A DNA stretch of 64,000 nt from a virus (taxonomy: Duplodnaviria > Caudoviricetes), in the IMG/VR virus record IMGVR_UViG_3300028805_003982, one strand, 5' to 3'. Positions 46,945 to 57,855 of this stretch are shown piece by piece. How positions within the stretch are numbered: position 1 is the first letter of the stretch; every line of letters starts with the position of its first letter. A model generated the notes under the pieces. That model saw only the letters and a program-made list of their open reading frames with translations. It was not told where the DNA came from and did not search any database. The translations under genes were made by a program, and so were the position numbers.

Positions 46945-48225
46945 ATGCACAAATTCAAGAACTTTCTCGGCATACTGTGTGCTGTTGCATTGATGGCAGG
47001 CTCAGTATTCAGCGTATCTGCAGCCGAGATAGGAGAGGGCACCGCTGAGACCAATGATACGGAGATCCTGATCCCCAAGAGCATCAATGTCACAAATCCG
47101 GAGGACATTGAGGTTTGGACACCTGCGATCACGTATTCATATGAGATCAGAGGTGTTGAGAGCAGATTGGGTTCTACGGTAACTGATACGGAAGGCCGCA
47201 GGGTATCCGTAAGGCCTGGACCTGATGGCGGTGCAGTGTTGCCCACGGGCGTTGTTGAGTTTGACTCACAGAAGGTCATGGCAAACACTGCTGCCAACGA
47301 AGTTGAGGATAATCTTGTGGTTAATGTCGATCTCAGCAAGTTTGAACAGCCAGGCATTTATCGTTATGAGATCAAGGACGTAACAGACTTGGGTCTTCTC
47401 CGGGCAGCAGGTATCGAAAGAGCCGAAGATTATGATCTTATCAGATATCTTGATGTTTATATCATCAGGGATCAGGATACGGGAAATCTTAAGGTTTCCG
47501 GCTACGCTTTGACTAACGGATATGTACTCGATCCCGAGCATACGGGGTACCCGGTAATATCCATTGAAGCATGGGAGACCGACAAATCTTCAGGTTATGT
47601 ACCACGGTCAGAGATCTTTGACGACTATACGTATGATATCGACGGCACCGCACAGATGACCGATACGTATGATACGTATAACGTTAAGATTACTAAGCAG
47701 GTTACAGGCGATATGGGTGACACGTCTCACGAGTTCCCCTTCGTAGTTGATGTAACCGGACAGGATGAGATCAAGTACAGCCACGGTAAGTGCGCAGCAG
47801 ATCAGGCAGATCCTGACATTACAGAAGATACTAATACAGATTCCATCAGCACAACGATGAAGAACACCGAGTATTACGTACTTCAGGGATTGTCCCCTCT
47901 GGCCACGGTTGCTGTTGAAGAGACCAACGACACTTATGACGGTTATACAGTAACGGTAACTGACAAGGACGGAACTGAAGTAGTCCCCGCAACAGACGCT
48001 GTGGCCTTTAACGGCACGGTTAAAGTTGATGCCTTCCAGGTATCAGACTACGAAACTCCGGATGTTGAGGCTTCTGCAAATGCCAAAGACGAGCTTACAT
48101 ACGACAATCATCTGGACAACGTATCTCCTACAGGCGTTATCCTTGCGTCAATGCCTTTCGTAGGCTTGGCAGGTGTTGGCGGCACGATGCTCGTTTTGGG
48201 CAAGAGAAAGAAAAAGGAAGACTAA
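46945..48225 (+). CDS. Backbone pilin (FCT/Spy0128-like, class B sortase substrate)
   Basis: Signal peptide; F..PG.YRY.I; K.V.G..GD...F; C-terminal VSPTG, TM helix and basic tail. Confidence 0.8.
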   Translation: MHKFKNFLGILCAVALMAGSVFSVSAAEIGEGTAETNDTEILIPKSINVTNPEDIEVWTPAITYSYEIRGVESRLGSTVTDTEGRRVSVRPGPDGGAVLPTGVVEFDSQKVMANTAANEVEDNLVVNVDLSKFEQPGIYRYEIKDVTDLGLLRAAGIERAEDYDLIRYLDVYIIRDQDTGNLKVSGYALTNGYVLDPEHTGYPVISIEAWETDKSSGYVPRSEIFDDYTYDIDGTAQMTDTYDTYNVKITKQVTGDMGDTSHEFPFVVDVTGQDEIKYSHGKCAADQADPDITEDTNTDSISTTMKNTEYYVLQGLSPLATVAVEETNDTYDGYTVTVTDKDGTEVVPATDAVAFNGTVKVDAFQVSDYETPDVEASANAKDELTYDNHLDNVSPTGVILASMPFVGLAGVGGTMLVLGKRKKKED

Positions 48226-48228
48226 GTT

Positions 48229-48798
48229 ATGAGCGATGAACTTACGGGAGCTACAACTGATATGACAGAGGTTAACGCCCCCGGTAAGTGGAAGACCTTC
48301 TGGTCGTCCTGGGCAGATGAAATAAAGCGGTTAGTCCGCAATGTTTTTGTCGTCCTTGTCGGGCTCTGGATTATGTTCGGCTTTATAGTAGGAATCGGCA
48401 GGGTCGGTTCAGTCGAGATGTCCCCGACCGTGGGCTTGGGCGATATCGTAATGTATTCCAGACTCGACAAGGCACCCCGGACAAATGAGGTAATCGTTTT
48501 TGATATGGAAGCCTCCGAATGTATTGGCCGCGTAATCGCCGGACCCGGTGATAAGGTAGACATTTCCGAGCAAGGTCAGCTGTTCGTGAACGGCCATCTT
48601 GTTCAAGAGAGCAGGATCACAGATCCCACATATCCGTATCCTGAATATGTTTCGTATCCTTTAACTGTAGCTCCTGACAACTATTTTGTTTTGGGGGATA
48701 ACAGGAAGTCCGGTGTGGACAGCAGATATTACGGAACGGTTCCGAAAGACCAGATCAAGGGAACACTTATAACACTTATCAGGCACAACAATTTTTAA
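48229..48798 (+). CDS. SipA/LepA-like signal peptidase homolog (catalytically inactive pilus chaperone)
   Basis: S26 fold (GDNR..DSRY.G); catalytic Ser replaced by Glu (VEMSP) and Lys by Gly (IGRV). Confidence 0.8.
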   Translation: MSDELTGATTDMTEVNAPGKWKTFWSSWADEIKRLVRNVFVVLVGLWIMFGFIVGIGRVGSVEMSPTVGLGDIVMYSRLDKAPRTNEVIVFDMEASECIGRVIAGPGDKVDISEQGQLFVNGHLVQESRITDPTYPYPEYVSYPLTVAPDNYFVLGDNRKSGVDSRYYGTVPKDQIKGTLITLIRHNNF

Positions 48799-48819
48799 GG
48801 TTAGAGAAAGGGAACAAAC

Positions 48820-49953
48820 ATGTCCTTAGCAGCATTTTTCAAATTGAGTAATCTTGCGACCAACGCGCTCGCTACAGTAACAGCGGTATCCGTTATCGGA
48901 TTCTCCGGTTATATGGTGTACGACAACTACATGGCGCAGAATAAGGCTTATGGATATGATCTGTTATCTTATAAACCGTCTGTCGAAGAAAATACCATCT
49001 CAATGCAGGAGTTGTATGATCTGAACCCGGATATTTGCGGCTGGATCACGATCGATGATACACATATAGATTATCCGATAGTTCATTCTGACGATGATCT
49101 GTACTATGTAAACAGAGACGCGACAGGTCAGCCTTCACTTACGGGTTCCATCTATCTGCAGGCTAAAAATGAATCGGATTTTACGGATTCTTACAATCTT
49201 TTGTATGGCCATCATGTTGACGGCGGCGCAATGTTCGGGGATCTTTCCCTGTTCCGTGACGCCGACTTCTTTAAGAAACATACTGAAGGTACTCTGATCA
49301 CTTTGAATAAAGCGTATTCCATAGATATCATTGCTTGCGTCAGCACTAATGCTTACTGTAAGTGCGTGTATGACAGGACTAAGCTTGACAAGGCTTCATA
49401 CGAAGAGCTTATTGCAGACCCTGAAGTCTTTGTAATGAATCAGAATGCCCGCAGTTTGGATTCGGCAGTCAAGTATCTTGCTCTTTCAACCTGTTACGGT
49501 GTTTCGACTGACGGAAGAACCGTTGTCATCTGTAAGATCACTGAGATCCCTGTTCCGGTCGATCCGCCCAAGCCTGATCCTAAGCCTCCGAAGGTCGTTA
49601 AGACCGGTGAGACATACCAGGTAGGCTGGGGCATTATCAACGTAGCAGCAGTCTTTATGACTTTGCTTACTGCGGTTCCTTATCTTAAGTTCTTTAAGGA
49701 CGATAAGAAGAAGATATACGCAAGGCTCGGTTTTGCGGCAAGCATCGTAGCTACTATATCCGCGGCACTCGTATTCTTTAGGGTGGAGGAACTGTCCGGA
49801 GCAATGATGATAACAGACAGATTTACTTTCATTTTCCTTTTGTTCTTCGGAGTTGCATTACTCGCAGAAGAACTGATAACCAAGGTTTACACAAAAAAGA
49901 ACAAAAATAAAGGCATTTCCATTAAGGAGGAAAAAAGATCATGGGAAGTTTAA
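48820..49953 (+). CDS. srtB: Class B sortase with C-terminal multi-TM extension
   Basis: NPD..GW, LYGHH, LSTC and GR motifs; Pro linker, VKTGE and about 3 TM helices. Confidence 0.8.
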   Translation: MSLAAFFKLSNLATNALATVTAVSVIGFSGYMVYDNYMAQNKAYGYDLLSYKPSVEENTISMQELYDLNPDICGWITIDDTHIDYPIVHSDDDLYYVNRDATGQPSLTGSIYLQAKNESDFTDSYNLLYGHHVDGGAMFGDLSLFRDADFFKKHTEGTLITLNKAYSIDIIACVSTNAYCKCVYDRTKLDKASYEELIADPEVFVMNQNARSLDSAVKYLALSTCYGVSTDGRTVVICKITEIPVPVDPPKPDPKPPKVVKTGETYQVGWGIINVAAVFMTLLTAVPYLKFFKDDKKKIYARLGFAASIVATISAALVFFRVEELSGAMMITDRFTFIFLLFFGVALLAEELITKVYTKKNKNKGISIKEEKRSWEV

Positions 49954-51230
49954 AACTTAAGAGAGTGGCAACCCCTATTCTTGCAGCGGCCATTATGGCC
50001 AGTATGGCTTCGGTTTCATTTGCCGCAGACATTGGTGCGAACGGTATCGTTGAAACGTCGGATACGGCTATCAACATTCCTAAGTCGGTGACACTGTATA
50101 ACGACGGATTTAACAAGTCCTATCTCCCGGCTATCACATTCAATTTCACCATCGCTCCTGCGACATTGACCGAAGAGGTACACATTACTGACTCTAACGG
50201 TCATACCGTTGCAGTGCAGTCCGGTCCTGCAAATTCCATTTCCAATCCTACTGCAACCGCAGTATTTGAGGAACAGGAAGTCGTTGATACAGGTGCTACT
50301 CTTGACGAGACAGTAAGGAAGAACATGACTTGGAATGTTGATCTTACCAAGTTTACAAAGCCCGGTGTTTACCGTTATACGATCACTGACGTAACACCTA
50401 TCTCTACTTTGTATGCTGCAGGCCTTGAGAGACCTTCGACATACGATACGACAAGAGAACTTGATGTTTATATCAAGAGGGATGCTACTACAGGTAATCT
50501 CGTAGTTGGCGGATATACTCTCCACGATGACATCACCGGTGATATCACTCCCGCAACCGAGAAGGACCCCGGCTTCGTGCCTGAGAGCTTCAACCCCGGT
50601 AACATTTCTAACGGATATGATACTTATACCACATATAACTATCAGGTTCAGAAGAACATTACCGGTGAAATGGCTGATCTGAGTCACAAGTTCCCGTTCG
50701 CAATATCTTTGAACGACGGCGGTTCCGTTGCAGGTCTTGACTATTACGGAGCAGCAGGTAACGCAACTCCTGCATACAGTAATGCAGCAACGATTAACAC
50801 AACCCTTGGAAACAGTGATGTTTACCACGTTTACGCTCTTAATCCCAAGGCTTCTGTAAGTGTTGTCGAGACTAATGATACAAATGATTCATACGATCTT
50901 TATGTAACTACTGTTAATGCTTCCGGCAGTTCAACAGATGCTCAGGCTGAAGCGCTTGCCGCAGGTGCTGCATCAACAGCCAGAACAGGTAACGTATCAA
51001 CATACGCTACAGCCAATTCAGCGTCCAACGTATCAGGCGAAGCTCAGGCCGATCTGCAGTCCAACGGTTTCAGAAATGACCTTCCCGGCATCATCACAAC
51101 TGGCGTTGTACTGAAGTCTCTTCCTTTCGTAGCTCTTGCAGGTATCGGCGGTCTTATGTTTGCACTTTCCAGAAAGAGCAAGAAGAACAAGGTAGCAGAA
51201 GATATTCAGGGCGATTCTTCTGAGATGTAA
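49941..51230 (+). CDS. Backbone pilin paralog
   Basis: Paralog of 46945 (IPKS, FTKPG.YRY.I.DVT, ETNDT.D); C-terminal ITTG, TM helix and basic tail. Confidence 0.8.
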   Translation: MGSLKLKRVATPILAAAIMASMASVSFAADIGANGIVETSDTAINIPKSVTLYNDGFNKSYLPAITFNFTIAPATLTEEVHITDSNGHTVAVQSGPANSISNPTATAVFEEQEVVDTGATLDETVRKNMTWNVDLTKFTKPGVYRYTITDVTPISTLYAAGLERPSTYDTTRELDVYIKRDATTGNLVVGGYTLHDDITGDITPATEKDPGFVPESFNPGNISNGYDTYTTYNYQVQKNITGEMADLSHKFPFAISLNDGGSVAGLDYYGAAGNATPAYSNAATINTTLGNSDVYHVYALNPKASVSVVETNDTNDSYDLYVTTVNASGSSTDAQAEALAAGAASTARTGNVSTYATANSASNVSGEAQADLQSNGFRNDLPGIITTGVVLKSLPFVALAGIGGLMFALSRKSKKNKVAEDIQGDSSEM

Positions 51231-51271
51231 TTCAAAAAATAAATTAAAAAGGGGTTTAACAAGGTAACTTT

Positions 51272-51784
51272 ATGAAAGAAAAAATAATGGCGTTTTTCAA
51301 AAAATATGATGCACTTCCGCGTATATTCCTGAAACTGGCCATTTTCGCAACGCTTCTTTATATCGCATTCGGGTTCATAATAGGTGTTTCTATTATGAAC
51401 TCGGACGATATGAAGCCTAATGTCAAATTAAGGGACATAGTTGTTTATTCAAGGATAGATAAAGATTACCTGAACAGAACGGCCGTCGTGTACGAGGTTA
51501 ACAATAACACGTTGGTCGGAAGAATCGTAGCTTTACCCGGCAGCCATGTGATCATTGATGAAAAAGGCAATGTTAACGTAGACGGTATTACGATCCAGGA
51601 AAGCGAAGTTTATATGAGTAAAAAGCAGGAAGGGTTCTCAACGGACGTAACATTAGGTCCTGATGAGTATTTCATTCTTGCAGACAACAGGCAGGTCGGT
51701 ATCGACAGCAGATACGTAGGGCCTGTCAGTAGCAGCGCTATCAAGGGAGAAACCTTAATAATAATAAGAAGGTATGGTATATGA
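51272..51784 (+). CDS. SipA/LepA-like inactive signal peptidase homolog
   Basis: DDMKP (Ser to Asp), VGRI (Lys to Gly), DNR...DSRY.G. Confidence 0.8.
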   Translation: MKEKIMAFFKKYDALPRIFLKLAIFATLLYIAFGFIIGVSIMNSDDMKPNVKLRDIVVYSRIDKDYLNRTAVVYEVNNNTLVGRIVALPGSHVIIDEKGNVNVDGITIQESEVYMSKKQEGFSTDVTLGPDEYFILADNRQVGIDSRYVGPVSSSAIKGETLIIIRRYGI

Positions 51785-52890
51785 ACAAGGGACAGAAAGC
51801 TCTTGGTGTTACGGACAATGTTATCACAAAGATGCTTAGGATCTGTTCTGTTATCCTCTTGATAGGCTCCTGCTATATGTTCTTTGACGTTTACTTCCTC
51901 AATAAGGGGGCTTCATCTGAGGTTGTGGCAGAACGCTATAAACCTGAGATCACCGTTTCTGATGAAGGAAAGAGGATAGTTGACATGACCGAGCTTAAAC
52001 AGATCAACCCCGATATCAAGGGTTGGCTTACGATGGATGATACAGGAATAGACTATCCGGTTCTTCAGGGCGATGACGATTATGAGTACTTAAACCGTGA
52101 CATGTACGGTAATTCCTGTCTTACAGGTTCGCTGTACTTCAGGTCGATAGATACTACCGAGAACGCAGATGCCGACTACCGTATGATCTACGGGCATCAC
52201 ATGGACGCGAGTTCCATGTTTGGCTGTCTCGATAAGTACATTGACGCAGAATACTTCAGCAGCCATAAGACAGGTACGCTCATAACCGATCATGGTATCT
52301 GGAATCTTGAGGCAGTTGCCGTACTTTATACGCACGCGTATAACAACACTTTTTATTACGGCAGGTCTTTTCCATGTATCGTCAGGGGCTTGGAAACTAA
52401 GCATATTCAGACGATCAGCGGAAACCTAAGTGAAGCAGATGCTCCTATCCTGATCTTATCGACTTGTTATGAGATCAAGCCGAACGGCAGGCTTCTTGTT
52501 GTCCTTAAGATGACGCCTGCTGAAGACGTGGTAGTTGACAGCGGTTCTGCTACTGATGAAGACATTTCGATCAAAGACCTGAGAATGGGTCAGATCCAAG
52601 AGGGGGTAAAACCTACATGGAGTGTAATGAATATTGTCTTCGTATTTATTACAGTCCTGTGTAGTATCACGATGACTGTTGACGCTGCTTTAAGAAAACA
52701 GCTTAAGCAGGTTGACGGCGTTGTTTGGGCGTTGATCACGCCACTTTCGATAGTTTTGTTCTTTGTAGGGCAGAAATTATCTGGAAGGGGGACTTTTGTT
52801 GATAAGTATACGATTGTTTTTGCCGGAATAGCGATCGCGGCTTCCGCACTTGCTGCGTATACTGTCAAACGGAAAGGAAAAGCGATATGA
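51781..52890 (+). CDS. srtB: Class B sortase with C-terminal multi-TM extension
   Basis: NPD..GW, IYGHHM, LSTC and GR motifs; C-terminal TM helices. Confidence 0.8.
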   Translation: MNKGQKALGVTDNVITKMLRICSVILLIGSCYMFFDVYFLNKGASSEVVAERYKPEITVSDEGKRIVDMTELKQINPDIKGWLTMDDTGIDYPVLQGDDDYEYLNRDMYGNSCLTGSLYFRSIDTTENADADYRMIYGHHMDASSMFGCLDKYIDAEYFSSHKTGTLITDHGIWNLEAVAVLYTHAYNNTFYYGRSFPCIVRGLETKHIQTISGNLSEADAPILILSTCYEIKPNGRLLVVLKMTPAEDVVVDSGSATDEDISIKDLRMGQIQEGVKPTWSVMNIVFVFITVLCSITMTVDAALRKQLKQVDGVVWALITPLSIVLFFVGQKLSGRGTFVDKYTIVFAGIAIAASALAAYTVKRKGKAI

Positions 52891-55295
52891 AGAAAAAGAT
52901 AGTATCAAGTTTATTGGCTCTGGTAATGCTGTTGGCTTTGCCGATGACAGTTTTTGCTGCATCTAAAAAGACCTACGGTGAAGACTTTTTCCCGGTAGAT
53001 TATGCAAAAGGATATATCAGGCTGAATGCTACAGGTGTTGAGTGTATCCCCAGTTCAGCCGTTAAAGGTCCTTATACCGGTGGGTGGGGAGACAATACTT
53101 ATACCTATTTCTGGGCTGATAATACATCTAAAGATTCTTCTATTTATATAGACTTTATCAACGGTGCCTGTTACGACAGCGAACTGTTGGATGTACGTAT
53201 ATACCTCTGGTGTAATAATACATCAGCGGGCAGTAAAGATAACTGGTGGGCTATGACTTCAGGCGGCCTTCTGGTCCATGACCAGCCTACTAACGGCGAC
53301 CAGGTTTGGGCAGACGCTAAGTATAGAACATCTATGCAGTTCCATTTTTACCGTAAAAAAGCTGACGGTACCAGTCAGGTCGGTAAATCTGCATATGAGA
53401 CGTCCGTTCAGGGTGTTATGCGTTTTAACGATTTGGATGCAGGTGAAGGATACGAGATTACACATGGTTTAAAAAACATCTATGTTGCCACTCCAACAAA
53501 GGTAACTGTAGATACTACTAATAACTATGTTTACGGAACCCGTGTCACCGCTGGTTCAGACGAGTCAGATGACCGAGACAGAGCTTGGATCACGTTTGAT
53601 GCCACGCCGGATGAACCATTCACTTTAAGGTATTGGACCCGAGGGCATTATACATCCCGTATCCACTATGTAGGGCAAACCGTAAAATATAAAATAGTGG
53701 GTAAGACTCCTTTATCTCAATCGATCAAGATATCGAGCGAGAATGTTGCCGAGTGGGGTAAATACGTTCTCCGTACGGTCGATGATGAAATAGGCAGTTC
53801 TTATTATGCGCAGCAATTCATCGGCTGGACAGAGCGTACTGCCGGCGACCGTACTGAACTGGCTCCTGCGATGGTCATGAATCTGACTACCGGCGGCATG
53901 TCTCTTTATGGCAGTTTCACATATAATATATTCCTTTTTAACGGTGAAGGCGGAGATATATATTTTAGTGGGGAAGATATAGGAGAGGGTCTGCCTGCCG
54001 GATCTAACCATACGTATGATATTGTTCCTCACCCGGGTTATTATATTAAAAACATAAATGTTCAATACCGTGATCTTGACGGCGAGCTTCAGACAAAGGC
54101 TACGTATGGTCCTGATACTATCGCTTTAGGGGATTCTTACACTTTAAACATTAAGGGGCTTGACCGTAATTATGAGATCAGTGCTGAATACGATACCATC
54201 GTTAATCTGAGCACTTCCGTTCTTAACGGTACGATTTCGCCGGAAGAAGGAACTCATAAGTATCCTTATGGTTCAAATGCAACGGTTACATATCAGCCCA
54301 TCAGTGAAAGATATGACCTTGATAAGATCTATATCGACGGTGTTGATACAGATTTTTCAGATATCATGTCTCAGTATATCTTTGAAAACATGACTGAAGA
54401 CCATGAGATCAGGGTTGAATATCAGCCGTGGTATGAGATCACAACTGAAGTCGTTAATGGTACTATTACTGATGATGAAAGTCATATCAGGGTAGGATCT
54501 GACCGCACCGTAAGCTATGCTCCGTTGAACGACAATTTCCGTTTAACAAGCATCAAGGTTGACGGCGAATCTGTAAGTTTGGATGACTACACATCCGATT
54601 ATGCCTTTAACAATATATCGGCAGACCACCACGTAGCGGTTGTTTATCAGCCATACAGAAGCGGTACTATCCATTTTATCGACACTGATAACAACGAACT
54701 TGCATCTCCTGTGGATTACGAAATGATAGGCGACCGGGCTGATTTTAACCCTTCAGCTACTCTGACTGCATATACTAATGCTACAAACGGTATCTTAGAT
54801 GACGGATATTCGTTAATATCAGATGAAGTAGCAGACAGAGATCAGGATGAAGACGGTAACGGTTTCCTGGATTCTGCCGTAGGCAGCCATAAGGATCTGT
54901 ATGTTGTTTTCGAAGGCTACAGGTACGGTGTTATTCATTACGTTGATACGGAAGGCAATAAGCTGGCAGATGATACTACGTATTCCAATGCCGGAAACAT
55001 TGATAACTTTGACGACAGCGTAACGCTTGCTGCATATACACAGAATTCGGCCAATCTGACGGCTCGTGGATATGTAGTCGTTTCTGATGACGTTGCAGAC
55101 CGTAACGGTTGGTTCCTTCCCGCGATCAACAGCACTAAGGAAATGACGGTTGTATTTGAATTACAGCCGCCTGTAATGACAGGTATTCAGGACTATCCGG
55201 CGGCAGTCTTTTGTATTATGTGTCTGGCCGTATTTGGCATCGTTCTGAGTGTTTATATCAAAAAGAGCCCTGAAGAAGGCGAAACAGAAGAATAA
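52887..55295 (+). CDS. Cell-wall-anchored adhesin / ancillary pilin
   Basis: Signal peptide, beta-repeat units (NGTI.P...Y.P...Y....I.VDG), MucBP-like IH(F/Y)VDT.GN repeats, PPVMTG plus TM. Confidence 0.7.
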   Translation: MKKKIVSSLLALVMLLALPMTVFAASKKTYGEDFFPVDYAKGYIRLNATGVECIPSSAVKGPYTGGWGDNTYTYFWADNTSKDSSIYIDFINGACYDSELLDVRIYLWCNNTSAGSKDNWWAMTSGGLLVHDQPTNGDQVWADAKYRTSMQFHFYRKKADGTSQVGKSAYETSVQGVMRFNDLDAGEGYEITHGLKNIYVATPTKVTVDTTNNYVYGTRVTAGSDESDDRDRAWITFDATPDEPFTLRYWTRGHYTSRIHYVGQTVKYKIVGKTPLSQSIKISSENVAEWGKYVLRTVDDEIGSSYYAQQFIGWTERTAGDRTELAPAMVMNLTTGGMSLYGSFTYNIFLFNGEGGDIYFSGEDIGEGLPAGSNHTYDIVPHPGYYIKNINVQYRDLDGELQTKATYGPDTIALGDSYTLNIKGLDRNYEISAEYDTIVNLSTSVLNGTISPEEGTHKYPYGSNATVTYQPISERYDLDKIYIDGVDTDFSDIMSQYIFENMTEDHEIRVEYQPWYEITTEVVNGTITDDESHIRVGSDRTVSYAPLNDNFRLTSIKVDGESVSLDDYTSDYAFNNISADHHVAVVYQPYRSGTIHFIDTDNNELASPVDYEMIGDRADFNPSATLTAYTNATNGILDDGYSLISDEVADRDQDEDGNGFLDSAVGSHKDLYVVFEGYRYGVIHYVDTEGNKLADDTTYSNAGNIDNFDDSVTLAAYTQNSANLTARGYVVVSDDVADRNGWFLPAINSTKEMTVVFELQPPVMTGIQDYPAAVFCIMCLAVFGIVLSVYIKKSPEEGETEE

Positions 55296-55311
55296 GAAAC
55301 GAGGTTTTAAG

Positions 55312-57855
55312 ATGAAAAAAGCTATCAGCAAAATACTGTCGGGCGTAGCTTCGTTAAGTATAGCGTTGGTTAGTTGTCTGTCTTTCTTTTCGCACGTAGC
55401 TCTTGCGGCCGGTACAGCGCATCACGCGGATTCTTCAGCTTATGGTGCGAGCAGAACACACCGTTCAGATGAGCTGGTATATTCAACCAATTATTTTGAA
55501 GGGCGATACGCTTCTGGATATATTTCGTTGGACAGTTCTCAGGTTCATCCGAGTTCTGCCGTATCCAGCGGTAATTCCAGATGGAGTACAAGGGCGGTTT
55601 ATTACAGCACTAACTCGTCTCTCGACGATACTCATTACGTCGATTGGTACGACAGTGCCTTTATGGACGGTGTTGCGTACGATGTCAGGATAAAGTTTGC
55701 TCAGGTAGGTTCTACGGATGACCGTTGGAGCGTTACTCCGTACGGAAGCGTAGTTGACGATCACGCCATGACCGCTACTTATCCCGGCATTAATGGCCAT
55801 AACGATTACACTAATTATGATAAAACCAGCCACGGCGTAAAGATGGAGTTCCATTTTTATGAAAAGGACTATGATGGTGGGCATCACTGCGGCGATCCTG
55901 ATTATGAGGTCACATTTTACGGCGTAATGAAAATGAACGACCTTGACCGTGGTGAAGGATGGAACATTGCGTCCGGGGGTGTTCAGGATGTTTATGTTAC
56001 TAACACCACCTTTGTAGGACGTGCAGACGACCATAAACTTGCCAGCGTGTGCGGCACCAGAACCACTACAGCTAATGCACATTCTCAATCCAGTGGGAGT
56101 ATTCCATCAGACGGAACCGACGCAGATGCCGTCTGGATAACGTTCAAAGGCGCTCCTACAGCACCTTTTGCGTTGATCTATTGGAGTAACGGACAATTTA
56201 TTTCCAGCATCGGTTACAAAGGTCAGACCGTTAATTATACGGTCGTTGGCAGCCAGCCGGTCAGCACGTCCTATGACTTCGGTAAGAATGGTACGGCGTC
56301 ATACAGCTTATATCAGGTAAAAGCATTCCCCGAATACCCGGGGTATGAAGGTCAGTTTACAGGCTGGAATACCAGCAGTACGTTTGACGGTACGTTATAT
56401 GATCCCGCTGACATCGATCATAACATTGTCCGCGTACAGACTTCCAATGTCTCGTTATACGGCAAGTGGGTTTATAATATCGAAACTTCAGCGGGAACGG
56501 GCGGGTCTATAACAGAAGGCGGTTTGTCTTATGCTGCAGACTCATCTCATAGCATTACCGCTACGCCCGATGCGGGATATTATATCAAGTCTTTAAAAGT
56601 GCAATACATTGATCTGGACGGGGAAGTAGTGGATCTTGAAACACTTTCCGCCTCCGATCTGTCAGATGCAGGTTGTGCTCTCGGAGACGCGTATACCTAT
56701 AACATATCTGCAATCGATCGTAACTATATCTTGAACGCCACGTTTGAACGAATAGTCCATCTGACAACATCCGTTCTTAACGGCACCATTGATCCGGGTG
56801 AGGGTACACACGAGTATCCTAACGGAGCAGATGGAGCGGTCTCTTATGAACCGATAGGGGAGAGATATGACCTTGATAAGATCATAATAGACGGTGTTGA
56901 GCAGTCAGATCTTTCCGGTATTTCAAGCAATTATACGTTTGAACAGATGACAGAGGATCATTCAATCCGTGTTGAATATCAACCCAGGTATGTTATTGAT
57001 ACTACTGTTATAAACGGTACTATTACTCCTGATGAAGAACATATCAAAGCAGGCTCTGACAGAACGATTGAATATGAACCGTTAAATGAATACTATCGCT
57101 TGGTAGGAGTCACGGTTGACGGCACTAAGGTAGATCCGGAAGTGTATGAGTCGGAATATCACTTTGCGGACATTCAGGCAGATCACGAGGTTGTGGTCGA
57201 GTATCAGCCGTACAGAACGGGTACGATCCATTTCGTCGATACTGACGGCAATGAGATTGCGGAAAACATAGAGTATGAGCATTTAGGGGATAGAACCGAG
57301 TTTGACCCGTCTACTATCCTTGGGCAATACAATTCAAGCGTTACGGACATCTTATCCGATGGATTTGCCAAACAATCAGATGATGTGTCAGATCGAGACA
57401 CAACAGAAGACGGTAACGGTTTCCTTGACAGCGCTGTAGGAAGTCACAAGGATCTGTATGTTGTCTTTGAAGGTGCAAGATATGGCATCATCCATTATGT
57501 TGATACCGAAGGCAACCGTCTTCGTGCTGATACCACTTATTCCAACGTGGGAGATCCGGACAATTTTGATGATACGGTTACTTTAGCTTTTTATAATCAA
57601 GCTAAGAGTGATCTGATCGACGAAGGATACCTTGTCATATCTGACGAAGTGGCACAGCGGGACAGTTGGTTCTTGCCCGAAGTGGAAAGCACAAAAGAAA
57701 TGACTGTTGTGTTTGAATTGCAGCCGCCTGTTATAACCGGTCTGAAGAAACATCCGGTATCGGTTCTTTGCCTGATAGATCTTGGTTTGGTGGGTTGGTT
57801 TATGACTTTGGTGCTTAGAAGAAAGCCAGAGGAACAAGAGGATGTTCAAAACTAA
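55312..57855 (+). CDS. Cell-wall-anchored adhesin paralog
   Basis: C-terminal half near-identical in places to 52887 (EDGNGFLDSAVGSHKDLYVVFEG); PPVITG plus TM; start revised to 55312. Confidence 0.7.
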   Translation: MKKAISKILSGVASLSIALVSCLSFFSHVALAAGTAHHADSSAYGASRTHRSDELVYSTNYFEGRYASGYISLDSSQVHPSSAVSSGNSRWSTRAVYYSTNSSLDDTHYVDWYDSAFMDGVAYDVRIKFAQVGSTDDRWSVTPYGSVVDDHAMTATYPGINGHNDYTNYDKTSHGVKMEFHFYEKDYDGGHHCGDPDYEVTFYGVMKMNDLDRGEGWNIASGGVQDVYVTNTTFVGRADDHKLASVCGTRTTTANAHSQSSGSIPSDGTDADAVWITFKGAPTAPFALIYWSNGQFISSIGYKGQTVNYTVVGSQPVSTSYDFGKNGTASYSLYQVKAFPEYPGYEGQFTGWNTSSTFDGTLYDPADIDHNIVRVQTSNVSLYGKWVYNIETSAGTGGSITEGGLSYAADSSHSITATPDAGYYIKSLKVQYIDLDGEVVDLETLSASDLSDAGCALGDAYTYNISAIDRNYILNATFERIVHLTTSVLNGTIDPGEGTHEYPNGADGAVSYEPIGERYDLDKIIIDGVEQSDLSGISSNYTFEQMTEDHSIRVEYQPRYVIDTTVINGTITPDEEHIKAGSDRTIEYEPLNEYYRLVGVTVDGTKVDPEVYESEYHFADIQADHEVVVEYQPYRTGTIHFVDTDGNEIAENIEYEHLGDRTEFDPSTILGQYNSSVTDILSDGFAKQSDDVSDRDTTEDGNGFLDSAVGSHKDLYVVFEGARYGIIHYVDTEGNRLRADTTYSNVGDPDNFDDTVTLAFYNQAKSDLIDEGYLVISDEVAQRDSWFLPEVESTKEMTVVFELQPPVITGLKKHPVSVLCLIDLGLVGWFMTLVLRRKPEEQEDVQN

